Translations under genes and position numbers: made by a program
Shown: positions 12,674 to 23,418 of the stretch, piece after piece
How positions within the stretch are numbered: position 1 is the stretch's first letter
Layout of the letters: each line of letters starts with the position of its first letter
Notes under the pieces: model-generated
Told to the model about the DNA's origin: nothing
Database searches by the model: none
The model's input: the letters and a program-made list of their open reading frames with translations, nothing else
Origin: Takakia lepidozioides
Taxonomy: Eukaryota; Plantae; Bryophyta
NCBI GenBank assembly: GCA_030704615.1
Contig: CM060734.1
Coordinates: 20,460,001-20,524,000, forward strand
DNA: 64,000 bases
Reading direction: 5' to 3'

Positions 12674-15600
12674 CTACCCATGTGTTGTATCCCGCTGCAA
12701 AAGAGTATCGACCTCGTTGAAACTCATAGTGGCCTGGTGAATGAAGTTGTCACGTTTGGGATCGCAAACCATCCTCCTCAAAAATATGAAATACAAATGT
12801 TTGCAGGGTATGAATTTACCTCTCTTGCCCAAACTGGTTGATAGCATATTCACAAAATCAGGACATGTGCAATTGGGGAAATTGGAAACCGTGATGTCGT
12901 AGGTCCTGTCATGAACAGCAGATGTGGAAGTGATGATTGTGAATACCCGACCATATCCTGGATCGGGTACTTCCGTGGTGCTTCCAACACGAGCTTGGAG
13001 CATTCTTGCGGACTCCACTTTGCCAAAGTGTTCAGCGGTTGGAGGGAAACGCCGAACGAGCTTTCCATCTCGTTTGGTTGGCCACAAGTCAGGATTTGCC
13101 GGGGGGACCCGGGAGGACGCAGAAGTAGTAGCACATGCATGGAGTTGGGGTTGTCTCGCAAGGGAAAAACCTGCCTCCTCCAGCATTTCAATCTCCTGAA
13201 AGCTGAGATGTGTTCCCACCTTCACGGGCCAAACGGTTGGAGGAGATGGCTTCATCACTACGGAAGGACGCACAGTTCCATGCACACATCTGGCACAATC
13301 ATCTGCGCAGAACCAGAACTTGTGGTTCTTGGCTTCTGGTTGACCGTATGGACGCATCAAGCCCGTGAAAGTCGGAGCAGGAGTTCGGGCACCACCTCTG
13401 GATATAGATGAAGTGCACTTCTCGAAATTAGTTGCCCTGATCGCTGTACATTTCACACGAGACCCTACACTTGTGCGTTCTATGTGCCAAACGTGGTCGG
13501 GGCATGCGGACTCAAGCACATCAAGGGGGTTGTTTCTCTCCTGCACCATTTCAGTGGCACTGTTTGATGCTGGAGCTTGCCGTCGTGTTGGAGGTTCCTC
13601 CACAATGGAGGTTCCGGACATGGAGCTGTCATGCAGGGGAACACGAGGCTTCGAGAAGTTATCACGGTCTGCCCTGTGGGAATCTGAATCCGAACCAGGT
13701 GGAGTGTTCAATTTCCTCTTACAGGAGCCGAATCTCTCCTCCCCTTCAAGATGTGGAACTCTAGAAACAAGTGGCGTTCCCTGGGCATACATGCTCACCG
13801 CCCGTGCTATCTTGATTGGATCCCCAGATCTGTTTGCAGCACGCAACATCAACTCCCATTTGTCCGGACCCTTGCCACCAACCCCACCTCGTAAGAAATC
13901 ACGGTATCGGGTTTGTTGTTGCAAGGCACGTATCAAATCATCTGTTGTTGCCACATACAAATCCCGACCTCGTTTCCCAGACTGCTGCAACCATGCGTTG
14001 TGCACAGTTTCTGCCAAATTGCAAGATGGCATGTCCGCCATTTCCTCAATGGACATGTTCTGCAAAGAGGATAACCACACTTCAGAACAGTGCACAGGAA
14101 ACAACATAAAGAAAGCAATGAGTCAAAAATATGGAAAGCAAATGTATGAATAAAGCATGAAATAGAAGCCTCGTACCATTGTCATGGCTGCTCCCCACTG
14201 TCTATACCGGAAGTGCCAAAACGCCAGCCAATCTTCCAATGCTCTCATACTCTCAAGTGATGCAGCTCCAGAAGAGAACCACCAGGCACGAATTGTCTGG
14301 AACAAAGTGTCCGCCTCCTTCATTGTTCTAGCATCTTTGTACTCTTTGCACAATTTACGGTGCTGAGTCTGCATCTCTGGTTTGATGTCCGACTTTGTAT
14401 GTTTTTCCAGAGATTGTGTCCAATGGAATAGACATGTACGCTCTCTTCCTGGCATAGGCACTTTTGGGTCGCCCGATCCGAAGACAATACGAACAGCATT
14501 GAAATTTGCTTGAGCACTATCCGCCATGAAACCTGCGAAATTTGGAGATGGGCCCATGGCAGCCCATGACACGTATCAGGGAATTCCACATGAGCTTCTG
14601 GGATTCCGTATCCTCGGATTGCATGTCACAAACTGCAATTGTCATAACTCGTTGGTACACTGGATCGTAGACATGACAAGCCATTGTCGTCCAATCCTTC
14701 ACTCGTTTCACATGATCAAACATAAGAAAACAGTTCTGCAAGTCCCCAGTCTTCTGCATCCGCTTCACGAGGCTAACCCCACTGCCCTCCCCAACAGTCG
14801 ACATTTTGAAAAGAAAAACTTTGATGGCACCTTGACCTGGGAATACATTGTCCTGGATGTAATCGTACTTGCTCACTCGTTTCAATTCCAAAATATTGTC
14901 TATGTAGCCTCTGATCCCAGAGCCCATTCTCAATGCATTGATCTGATGCCGAATGTTAGGTGAACTTAAAGTGGAGAAATGATCCATGACCAGGTCCAAT
15001 GCTGCACCGTCAAGTTTAGTCCCCACAGAATCTCCTTCACTCAAAATATGGCTTTCCAAGAAGGACTTGCTTGCGCCAAGAGCAATTGCAGATGTTGTTG
15101 CGGATGGGTTTCTCCCGAACTCCTGTTTGATCAACCTCGATACTGTCTCAACACTCTCCCTGTAATCCCCCTTCGAGACAGGATGGTTATGGAATCCAAA
15201 ATGCACACAAGCTCTCGTCATTGTATTCAAACGGTGGACAACATAGTACATTCTTGCTCCGCAGAGCGCCAAGCAGGATGGCACAAGTTTGCAGAATTTG
15301 CAGACGAAAGTGTTTGCCGGTGGAGGGGCAGTCCCAGGCTGAAATGGATTTCCGCCAGACCCTCCCATTCGCTTTGATTATGAACCCCAGACTGAAGAAA
15401 GTGTCTGCAATTCAAATTATCACACCTAAGGTGTCCATTGCAAACTGTCCTCCTGAAAACAAGCTTGTCATCATTCTGAATATTGGATGTTTTTGTTCTG
15501 CACCACGGGTGCCCGTCGTGTTTCTTGTCCATTCCATGCATCATGATTGTTACACCTCCAACTCGCGGAGGAGGAGGCAGCTCGAATAGGATATCGCCAT

Positions 15601-16125
15601 CAAAAGTCTCCGGCAAGAACTTCACAGGCACCTGCTTCAAAGATTCCCAATCAATTCCCCGCAACTCACTTTTGAATCCAGCCATTCCTCCCATCGCCCG
15701 CAATTTTGGAATGACACTACAAATCTCTTCTTCATCAGCTTCTCCAACCACAGTAGGAAGGACTGGATTTGGAATTTCACTTATGTCATCATCGGAAGAA
15801 TCCGAAAGCTCAACGATTGGAGTGGAGGACGTCTGTTCTTTTTTCACCACCACCTCCCTCTTGTCTTCAACGACCGAAGCAGCAGTCCCGGGCGTCACAT
15901 ATGACCCAAGGGACTTTCGCCGAGGCTCTCCAAGTACTCTGTATCGACCAGGACGCACTCTCCACTGGCTGATATGAGCCGTCTCATCACGGTGGAGCCA
16001 TTCTGCAGCTGAAAACGGGTAGCCAAGACATGTTCTAGAACAATTGCAAATCCATTGTCAAGGACTTCCTGGGAGAACGGCACTGGTTTGTCGTCAGAGA
16101 AGAACTCCGCTTCAGAGGAAGCCAT
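12674..16125 (-). pseudogene. MULE-type DDE transposase with N-terminal GCM/WRKY-like Zn domain and C-terminal SWIM finger (frameshifted)
   Basis: Overlapping ORFs 15895-16125, 15227-15958, 14517-15368 and 14123-14572 join through ~3 frameshifts. A GT-AG intron at 14060-14176 joins them in frame to 12674-14059. Motifs: CNGHLRC...CKFC...C...HFGFHNHP (GCM-like), FDHVK (D1), FMADSAQA (D2), CLFHW (CxxH), CNLAETVHN (E), CTCPDF...CKHL (SWIM). Confidence 0.82.
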
Positions 16126-16977
16126 CTTCCTTCCTCGCGTACGTTTGTACCTTGCTATCGTAGATCTAGTGTAAATCGTTTTACTGATGTCTCCAGAACA
16201 CAGTTGAAGAATGAGCAGAGAATATGGCGGAGGAAGCTCAGATAACGACTGTGCATATTATGTTATTCTTCCCAGATATGCAGCCGTCCATTTTAATTAC
16301 TTTTCTTGTGGGCCCAGTGGTCAGAGTATCCCTAGGGGCAGTGTCGGAAGCTGTAAAACCGTTAACCAGAACCTCATCAATAAACCCAAAAACAAAGCCG
16401 ACTTCCTGGAAGCATGCCACAGGATCTGAGAATGGGATTGCAGATTAAGTAAATGTATCTATATACTACTACCAATGATCATGCGCATCTGGAAAGTTCC
16501 AAATGTGAAACGAATGTGGGGTTTGGCTAACAAGGATGACCGTGTATGATATTCCAAAATTTGTCATCAAACTCTCGTTCATTTACATTTATTTGTGTAA
16601 GACTGCGCCAAAATTTCTGGGATTCGCTGTTATTTTAAATATTGAAACCGTTCTAATAAAGAACACGCCGTTTTTTTTGGGCGACACACGTCAGACATCC
16701 ATAACTGAATACGAACAGATGTACACCAATTGCTGGCATGTGCACTAATAAGGGAACGACTATGTGTAACGGTCACGCGGAGGGAATCCGATGCTTCTAG
16801 AGACACGCAAGAACGCAGGCAATCCCGCAAGAAATCGGGAGTCACTGCGTTTTTCTACTTTTCGCGCTTAGAGGGAGAGTGGTAGTCAAGCTGGAGAGGG
16901 TTCCTTCTAGAATACGAAAGAGAAGAAAGTCTCTTTATTTTACTTCCCTTAGAGAGAGACGCAGAGCAAGAGAGAAA
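16126..16977. promoter_or_regulatory. Putative bidirectional promoter region between the transposase and cargo gene
   Basis: ~850 bp separating head-to-head start codons (16125 minus, 16978 plus); GA-rich leader before 16978. Positional inference only. Confidence 0.4.
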
Positions 16978-17350
16978 ATGACGAGGCGTCGTTTGTTGGA
17001 GAACACAGGGCCAAGGCAGCAGGTGAACGCGGAGACTGATTCACAAGAGCAGACGGAGACTGAGGCAGCGGCTGTGACACAGTCGGCGATAAGAGTGCGC
17101 CAGCCTGTGAGATGTGGAGGCAGAGATGATTCGCAAGGACACTGAAGGAGGTGGAAGCACGCGGAACGCCGAACCGGGAGAAGGTCCAGAAACCCTAGCG
17201 CAGACAGAAATTCCAGCAGATGTGAGAGGGAAGAGGAAAGCTGCAGAAGGGGATCAAATTTCAAAACCTAAGAAGGTGCCAGTAAGTTTTATCTAATTAC
17301 ATTTCATTGTTGAAGATATGCGTAGAGATTGAGTGGAATGTCCCAAACAG

Positions 17351-17847
17351 GGATTGTCGCTACCGACCATCACAAAGGTGATTTGCTTTACTCCTCTGCG
17401 AAGGGTTTACCGCACAATGAGTTGGTGACTATCGTACAGTCATTCACTGGTGTTCAGATCATACAGTCTGTCTGATTGCCTTTCAAGGAGTCCTTCCTCT
17501 TCCCTTCTTTAGCAGGAACTACTGAATTGCGAGCGTCGTTAACGCCATTCGATTCTCCTCATGAGATTTATGTACCTATGTGTTTGAAGAGAGAGTCTGC
17601 ACTTACTATCCGCCCTAAACTACACTGAATGTCGTTGCCGCCAATCAGTTGCACATATATGTCATTACACAACACCGATCCGGCAGGTCGTTATCTTTTG
17701 TGATTGTCGTTAACGCCGTTCGCTATCGCTCTCGCTTTTGTTTTGAATACGGCAGTATCAGCTTTGCTTGTGTAGATTGTGCTGAATTTTTCACACCATT
17801 CATGGTGAGTTTCCTTGAGACAGAGTGATGGTCGTTACCGCCATTCA
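17351..17847. repeat. Degenerate array of the 22-bp palindrome in intron 1 of the cargo gene
   Basis: Copies at 17351 (15/22 match), 17530 (16/22), 17626 (19/22), 17701 (17/22) and 17826 (17/22) versus TGAATGTCGTTGACGACATTCA. Confidence 0.65.
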
Positions 17848-19683
17848 CTATTTGCAAATCACTCAGTCAGAACTGAATGGCATCGTGCAGAAAACTGTGA
17901 GGTCGAAGCCTACAGGATCAGAGGGGAAAGGATCTGGAGATGGGGACGAGTCCGCAAAAAGCTCAGAGAATACAGATGAAGCAGATGAATCTGAAGTGCA
18001 CTACCTTGACAAGGTGAAAGAACTCATGTCATTCCAGAAGGTAAACTCTCAGGAGGTTATAAGGGACATGCTCGTATCTGGAGGGCGTCTGGACATACCT
18101 CTGTGCCGGATGATATCAATGCCTGTTGTGCGTCCACCTCTTTCCCATGACATAACAAAATTGGAGAGTGATTTTGTGCATGGATATAGACTTGGTGCAC
18201 AAGTTTTTTATGTGTCACTGACGGATATAAATGGGAAAGCACATTAGTGTCTCCAGAGATCAGTGATAACTGGGATGAGTGCTGGAAAGATGCCAATGAG
18301 GAGTTCGAGCTGGGCCTCATGATGGGAAAGAACACCCAGCAATTCTGCAACCACATGTTCTACGTCTGGGACGGCAACCACCGATTGCTGGCATGGATGG
18401 GATACATTCAGAAACACCATGCGAAAGACAAAGACAAGCATGTTGCTGTGGAGGCAATGGTTTTGGATCCTGGAAACGACATCGCTAGGCTTCTTACAGC
18501 TATGCACGACGTGAACAAGTAAGTCATCCAGGAGATTTCATTCCCTCTGTAGTGTCTTATTAATCCTCAAAAAACAGTGTTAAGGAATGCAATGTTTCCA
18601 ATGTTTTTGCAGATCGACAGAGAAATCGCATGTGACAACAAGCTTGGTTCACACACTATTCCGAATTCAGAGGATTGGTCTGATGAAGCTGGATGATTTT
18701 CGGACAGTACTACCACCCAATATCATCAAGAAGTGCGAAACAGGAAGAGCTGCAGGCACTTGGTATTCTTTGACACGAGAGGCGTTTCGTGAGTACATGT
18801 ATTCGAATACATGTTTGTAGTCCCTTCGGAGCTAATCACTACTTGAATGAATGCAGCAAGAACTGGCAGAGGCAGCTGAGAAGGGAAAATCCGAATATTA
18901 CCGCACTACACCAGAAGAACTAAGGACATCAAAGGGTGTGGAAGCTGCAATAAAGAAGGAGTTTGAAATGCGAAGAACCAAATTGATGTCCGCCTTCGGA
19001 AAGCAGCTTAGAATAGTAGATCCTGGACTTGGTCCTGAGTTCCTTCAGCAGATCAAAACACACTATGACAAGCATGTGCATCCGGAGATGCAGCAGGAGA
19101 AATTGCACCGGCTGGCCATATCGATGGTCGACCCACAAACAAAAATAAGGTGGCTGGAGATATGGAACTCAGATCAAACAGTAAAGGACTTGAATCAGTT
19201 CCCAAAGAGCACCATACAGCCTGGCACAAAGGTGGAAGGAATCAGTGATTTGGTGTTTGATAACTGGCTCCACAAGGCTACATTTTGGAGTCAGGTGTGT
19301 ATTCAAACATGTTGTTTCTTCTCTTCAAGTATGTGATGAGTATCTTTTTGCAATTCTGACAAATATACTATTTGCAGCTCGAAAAGCGCGCCGTCATTGT
19401 GCTGGATCAGACTTTGAAGGACCTGAACATTTCGATTGTTTCCCCTCCCCAAATGTCATTGGAGGCATACATAAGGAAGTGGAGAGGTCTCACCTGGAGA
19501 TACTGTTTTTTCCGGGAGTTCTCCAAAGATGGTAACATTTTACGGTCCAACGACTTTGACAGTCAGGTTGGAGGAGAGTGGGCCATGATGCGAGTTGTGT
19601 ACAGGTGCAATGTCATACTTGAAACTCTACTGTTTTTTGGGAAAAAATGTGGCTTCATATGGATTGCAATCTTAGATCCAGAT

Positions 19684-20404
19684 TGAATGTCGTTGACGAC
19701 ATTCACTTCTTTGTCTGAGTCATTCTTAAGCGAGTATATGAATTCACCTGGTTAGGATCTAAGGGTGCAATTATAGTGTCCCTGATTAGAATTGATAATG
19801 TCCTTGAATGGCGTTGACGACATTCACATACGGAGTTGTTGAGAGGTCCTCAGAGTTATGTAAATTTTTGTAATGTCCATAGAGGTTACAGTGAGGGTTC
19901 CTCACTTCATTTGCTGAATGTCAATGCAGACATTCAGTTGTTCTGCATTGTTTTTGCCTCTTGCGAGGAATCTGGAGGCTTGATAAGCTCTGTTATGAGA
20001 AATCCAAAGTGAATGTCGTTGACGACATTCACTGCTGTGTCTGTATTATTCAACAGCGACAAATTGAATTTACATGGATTGGGAGCTAAGTAATTGGTTT
20101 CTTTTTGTATTTTTGTGAATGGCGTTGACGCCATTCACATACAGTGATGTTGTGAGGTCCTCAGTGATAGGTTCGTTATGAATGTGCATTGAGTTTTCCT
20201 GGAGGGTTCCTTACTCGATTTTTTGATTTCCATCCTGTGATTTTGCTTCATTTAAGTAATAATTAGGCTTCATTAGTGAATGTCGTTGACGACATTCACT
20301 TCTATGTCTGTGTCATTCTAAACGATAATTTGCATTCACCTGGATTAGGGTTGTATTTACAGTATCATTGAATGGAATGTTTTGAATGGCGTTGACGACA
20401 TTCA
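19684..20404. repeat. Array of seven interspaced 22-bp palindromes TGAATG(T/G)CGT-TG-ACG(A/C)CATTCA in intron 19605-20544
   Basis: Starts at 19684, 19805, 19915 (variant TGAATGTC-AATGCA-GACATTCA), 20010, 20116, 20277 and 20383; start-to-start spacing 121, 110, 95, 106, 161 and 106 bp. Confidence 0.92.
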
Positions 20405-23329
20405 TATCTGGAGCAGTAGTGTGGTCCTGAAAGGTCCTTGGAGCAGTTCTCAGAGCCATTTCAATCTATGTTTTTTCATTCTGTTCTACTTGCATCTTAC
20501 TCACTGAGCGCTTTTGTGGGTTGGGATTTATCTCCTTTTTTCAGGTACACGAAATATGTGCTTATGGAAGGAAATCACCTGAGCGGAATTCCCGACTATC
20601 TTGACATGTGGTCGGACCCTGCAAACGATCCAACCATGTATACTGCAGGGATATTGAAGGACTGGAGTCCTTCTCACTTCAGAGACTGTGGGTGGTACCT
20701 TGACTGCCCACCTGAGCACACGACCTTTCAAGAACAGCATATGAAATACTTGAACAATAACGCTGAGATGCTGGCGCCTTTGACTGACGAAGAGTATCAA
20801 CGAAACATAGCAACATTGGCTGCCAAGGAGCCTGATGCTCAGGGAACGCCGCAGAAGGGAAAGAAGGCGGGCCGCAAACCAAAAGACAAGGCTGTTGATG
20901 TCATAGCCATCTCACCAGCAAAGCCAAAGGACAAAGACAAGTCCAAAGAGAAGGAAAAGGACAAGGGGAAGGAGAATGAAAAGGAGATGGAGAGTGGGCA
21001 GGACTTTACTGCTGGAAGATATACCCGCACTCTTCAGTGCGTGTTCGATGCCAAGCCACACCCTTCCCGTTCTGATTCAGCAGGAGAGATGAAAATTGTT
21101 AATGAGGGTTGGCTTTCGATGATGCAGAGTCGAAAGAGAGGATACACTGGGGTGTCATCCCCTACCTGGGACAATATAATCTCATTCCTCAATCTGGTGA
21201 GAATTCCAGTTTCTTTCCTTTTTCTCTGAAAGTTTCGTTGGCAGTATTTCAGTCTCGTTCTTTGAAAACAATCTTGCCATCGTTCTTATAAAAAACATGT
21301 CTGTTGCAGGTGAGCACAGGTCCCACCTTCGTGTGCGGTGTGTAGAAAACTTATGCGGCCGACATTGTCATTCTCGACATCCCGGATGGCCAGGCTGTGC
21401 CAGAAGTTCTTCCAAAGGGCAAGACGCCAGGCTGGAACAAATTCGAGAACAACTACTGGAGTTGGGTGTTCGGGTTCTGTAACAACTTCCTCTCTGATGC
21501 AGGGACACTTCTGCTTTTTCAGTAATGTGACAATGATAGTCGTCGGGCATTGACATCATACCTCAAGTCTTCAGGGTTTGAAGTTTTGCGCACATGGAAT
21601 TGTGTGAACAGCCTCTACCTTGTGAAAGGGGGTTTCCCTAGTCAGCTGGTATGTCGTCTCCCTTCTGCTTGTGCTTTGATCATGAGTTTCAATTTTCTCT
21701 GCAGCTCCACTCTAGTAGAATGTGTTATGATCGACACCGATCATCACCGATTCATGATTTTTTTGTGTCTGAGTTCTGAATAGCCGATGTACACACTTCC
21801 ACTATAGATTGTGTTTACCACACTAACTTGTTATCTTTGGCAGACGAGGATGTTCGAGGCGATCTGCCTGCGGAGGATTCGCACCTCAAAGACACCATCC
21901 TCCATCCGCAGCTTTGAGATTTCTGACCAGGGTTGTTTCGTCAACCCCCCCTATGAGCCCCATGTCGATGACATTTTGTACAACTTCATGCAGTCCAGTC
22001 AGACTCTGAAGAGACCAGATGGCACTCCCTGGAGAGGTGCAAAGGAAAAGTCCCCAGCGTTCATGCAAATACTGCTGGAGTCATGCAGCCACCGCTCTGC
22101 ACGGGTGGTCGATCTTTCTGTGTCCACAGGTTGTTTTTTCCCTTCCGAATTGGTTTTCTTTCAACAGTTTCATCTGCTTAAATCCCCCCCTCCAAACTGT
22201 TCATGTTCTCCTGTCTGGTGCAGGAGCAACTTACCATGCATGCAAGGCAGGCGGAAGAAGCCTTTTTGGCATGGAGGGTGATTCTGACCTCTACAACACA
22301 GTGCTCCCCCCCCTTTTGTCTAGCTCCACTTCAGGCACACAGATTGATCGGATTCAAATTCGAAATGATGACGATCCCGAAGATAAGCAGGTCGACAACG
22401 ACTTTTCATGTGAGTAAGTGCTAAACCCTCTTTGGGAGTCATACTCAATTTCTCGATAACATCAAAGTTACAGTAATAACTTTTTCAGGCTGTCTTTCAG
22501 GAAAGGCAGCGGTGGATCTTCAGGAGATACAGTCATTTCTGGCGAGTCTGTTTTCGACAGCCCCCTTTCCAATTTTCTGCTCCCTGTTTATGCCGAAGCA
22601 ATGGCACTTCACGCGGCCGAGTCCCTATCCCCTGACTTTTTAGTGGCCAGCCGTAGGTGTATCCAGCGTGGATCCGGTGTTCTAAAATACTTAGACTTAG
22701 ATGCAGAGGAAGCGGGGATACATTGTACTGACTCTGAGTCAGACTGAACTGTATTCTTTTAATATTCATTTTCATATTATCTGGAAAACGTTGAATCCCC
22801 TTCCTCCACCGTAGTTGTTCCTTTAGAACAAATAATAATCACAGAATCAACTTTCATTTAAATTGCAATATGTATGAATCCATCTCACAAACCTCCCTGA
22901 CTCTTCTCATATCCATTGTGCATTCATCTACACTGTATTCATGCGTGCTCCATTCATGAATTATTTCCTTTGTACAACATCCATTGTACATTCATCCTCT
23001 GTACTCTTTAATCCACCCCACAAACCTTCCACACTCATTTCATATACGTTGTGCATTCGTCAAAAGATTTGGTCATGCATCTTCCTGTCATGAATTTTTG
23101 TCATTGCTCAACATCCATTATACATTCATCCATTTTACTCTTATCCATCCCTCATTCATCCATCTACATTCATTTTTCACACTCATCCATCTGTTTATCA
23201 TCCAACTATACATTCATCCATCCTTTATTCAATGCCTTTTATTATGTCGTCCAGCTTGTTTCCGCGGTAAAGGGTGCCAATCCGCGGGAATACACTCCAC
23301 TTCTTTCTGGGCGCGTGGTGACGCGGCCT

Positions 23330-23418
23330 TCACGTGTGATGACGTGGAGTGAGCCCCGTGACGTGGCGTGAGCGCGCTCACGCGCTCACGTTACCAGGCT
23401 CACGCCGAGGCATCCCTG
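23330..23418. repeat. Right subterminal repeats and TIR of the MULE
   Basis: TGACGTGG(A/C)GTGAGC at 23340 and 23359; GTGAGCGCGCTCAC palindrome; terminal GCTCACGCCGAGGCATCCCTG. Confidence 0.85.

Larger units (their letters stand above)
16978..22417 (+). pseudogene. MULE cargo gene: ParB/Srx-like domain fused to a beta-class N6A/N4C DNA methyltransferase-like domain (~9 exons, disrupted)
   Basis: Exons: ~16978-17281, 17891-18518, 18613-~18806, 18857-19294, 19378-19604, 20545-21196, 21310-21648, 21844-22129, 22224-22417. Junctions are GT-AG and phase-compatible except the exon-3 donor, which was not found. ParB-like RMISMPVVRP...FYVWDGNHR (DGNHR at 18370-18384). MTase-like ADIVILDIPD (21358-21387), then spliced KEKSPAFMQILLESCSHRSARVVDLSVSTG/ATYHACKAGGRSLFGMEGD, matching the K-P..L..li...s..gd.VlDpF.GsG.T..Aa...gR..iG.E.d pattern. 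Stops at 21343 and 21523; frameshifts near 17110 and 18245. Confidence 0.75.
12024..23418. mobile_element. Mutator-like (MULE) DNA transposon, 11,395 bp, with two divergent genes
   Basis: Exact 9-bp TSD GTTCTGCCA at 12015-12023 and 23419-23427, duplicating a sequence that is single in the other retrotransposon copies. Imperfect ~50-bp TIRs: left CAACGATGCAACGGCGTGAGCG..., right reverse complement CAGGGATGCCTCGGCGTGAGCC.... Encodes a D-D-CxxH-E plus SWIM transposase. Confidence 0.9.

Noticed and set aside
19684-20404. CRISPR array (interspaced palindromic repeats)
   Set aside because: Spacers are 73-139 bp, irregular and homologous to each other in an alternating pattern. No cas genes, and the array lies in a spliceosomal intron.
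21943-21954. NPPY as the catalytic motif IV of the methyltransferase
   Set aside because: It lies in the variable region ~30 aa before motif X, without the following motifs V-VIII. DIVILDIPD occupies the expected position. Probably coincidental, but worth checking in homolog alignments.
16978-22417. Bacterial or phage contamination explaining ParB and MTase motifs
   Set aside because: The gene has phase-consistent GT-AG introns and sits inside a TSD-bounded element nested in a plant retrotransposon.
12024-23418. hAT or Zisupton/KDZ assignment (CA...TG ends, SWIM)
   Set aside because: The TSD is 9 bp rather than 8, and the D-D-CxxH-E plus SWIM layout fits Mutator better. Phylogeny is still needed.
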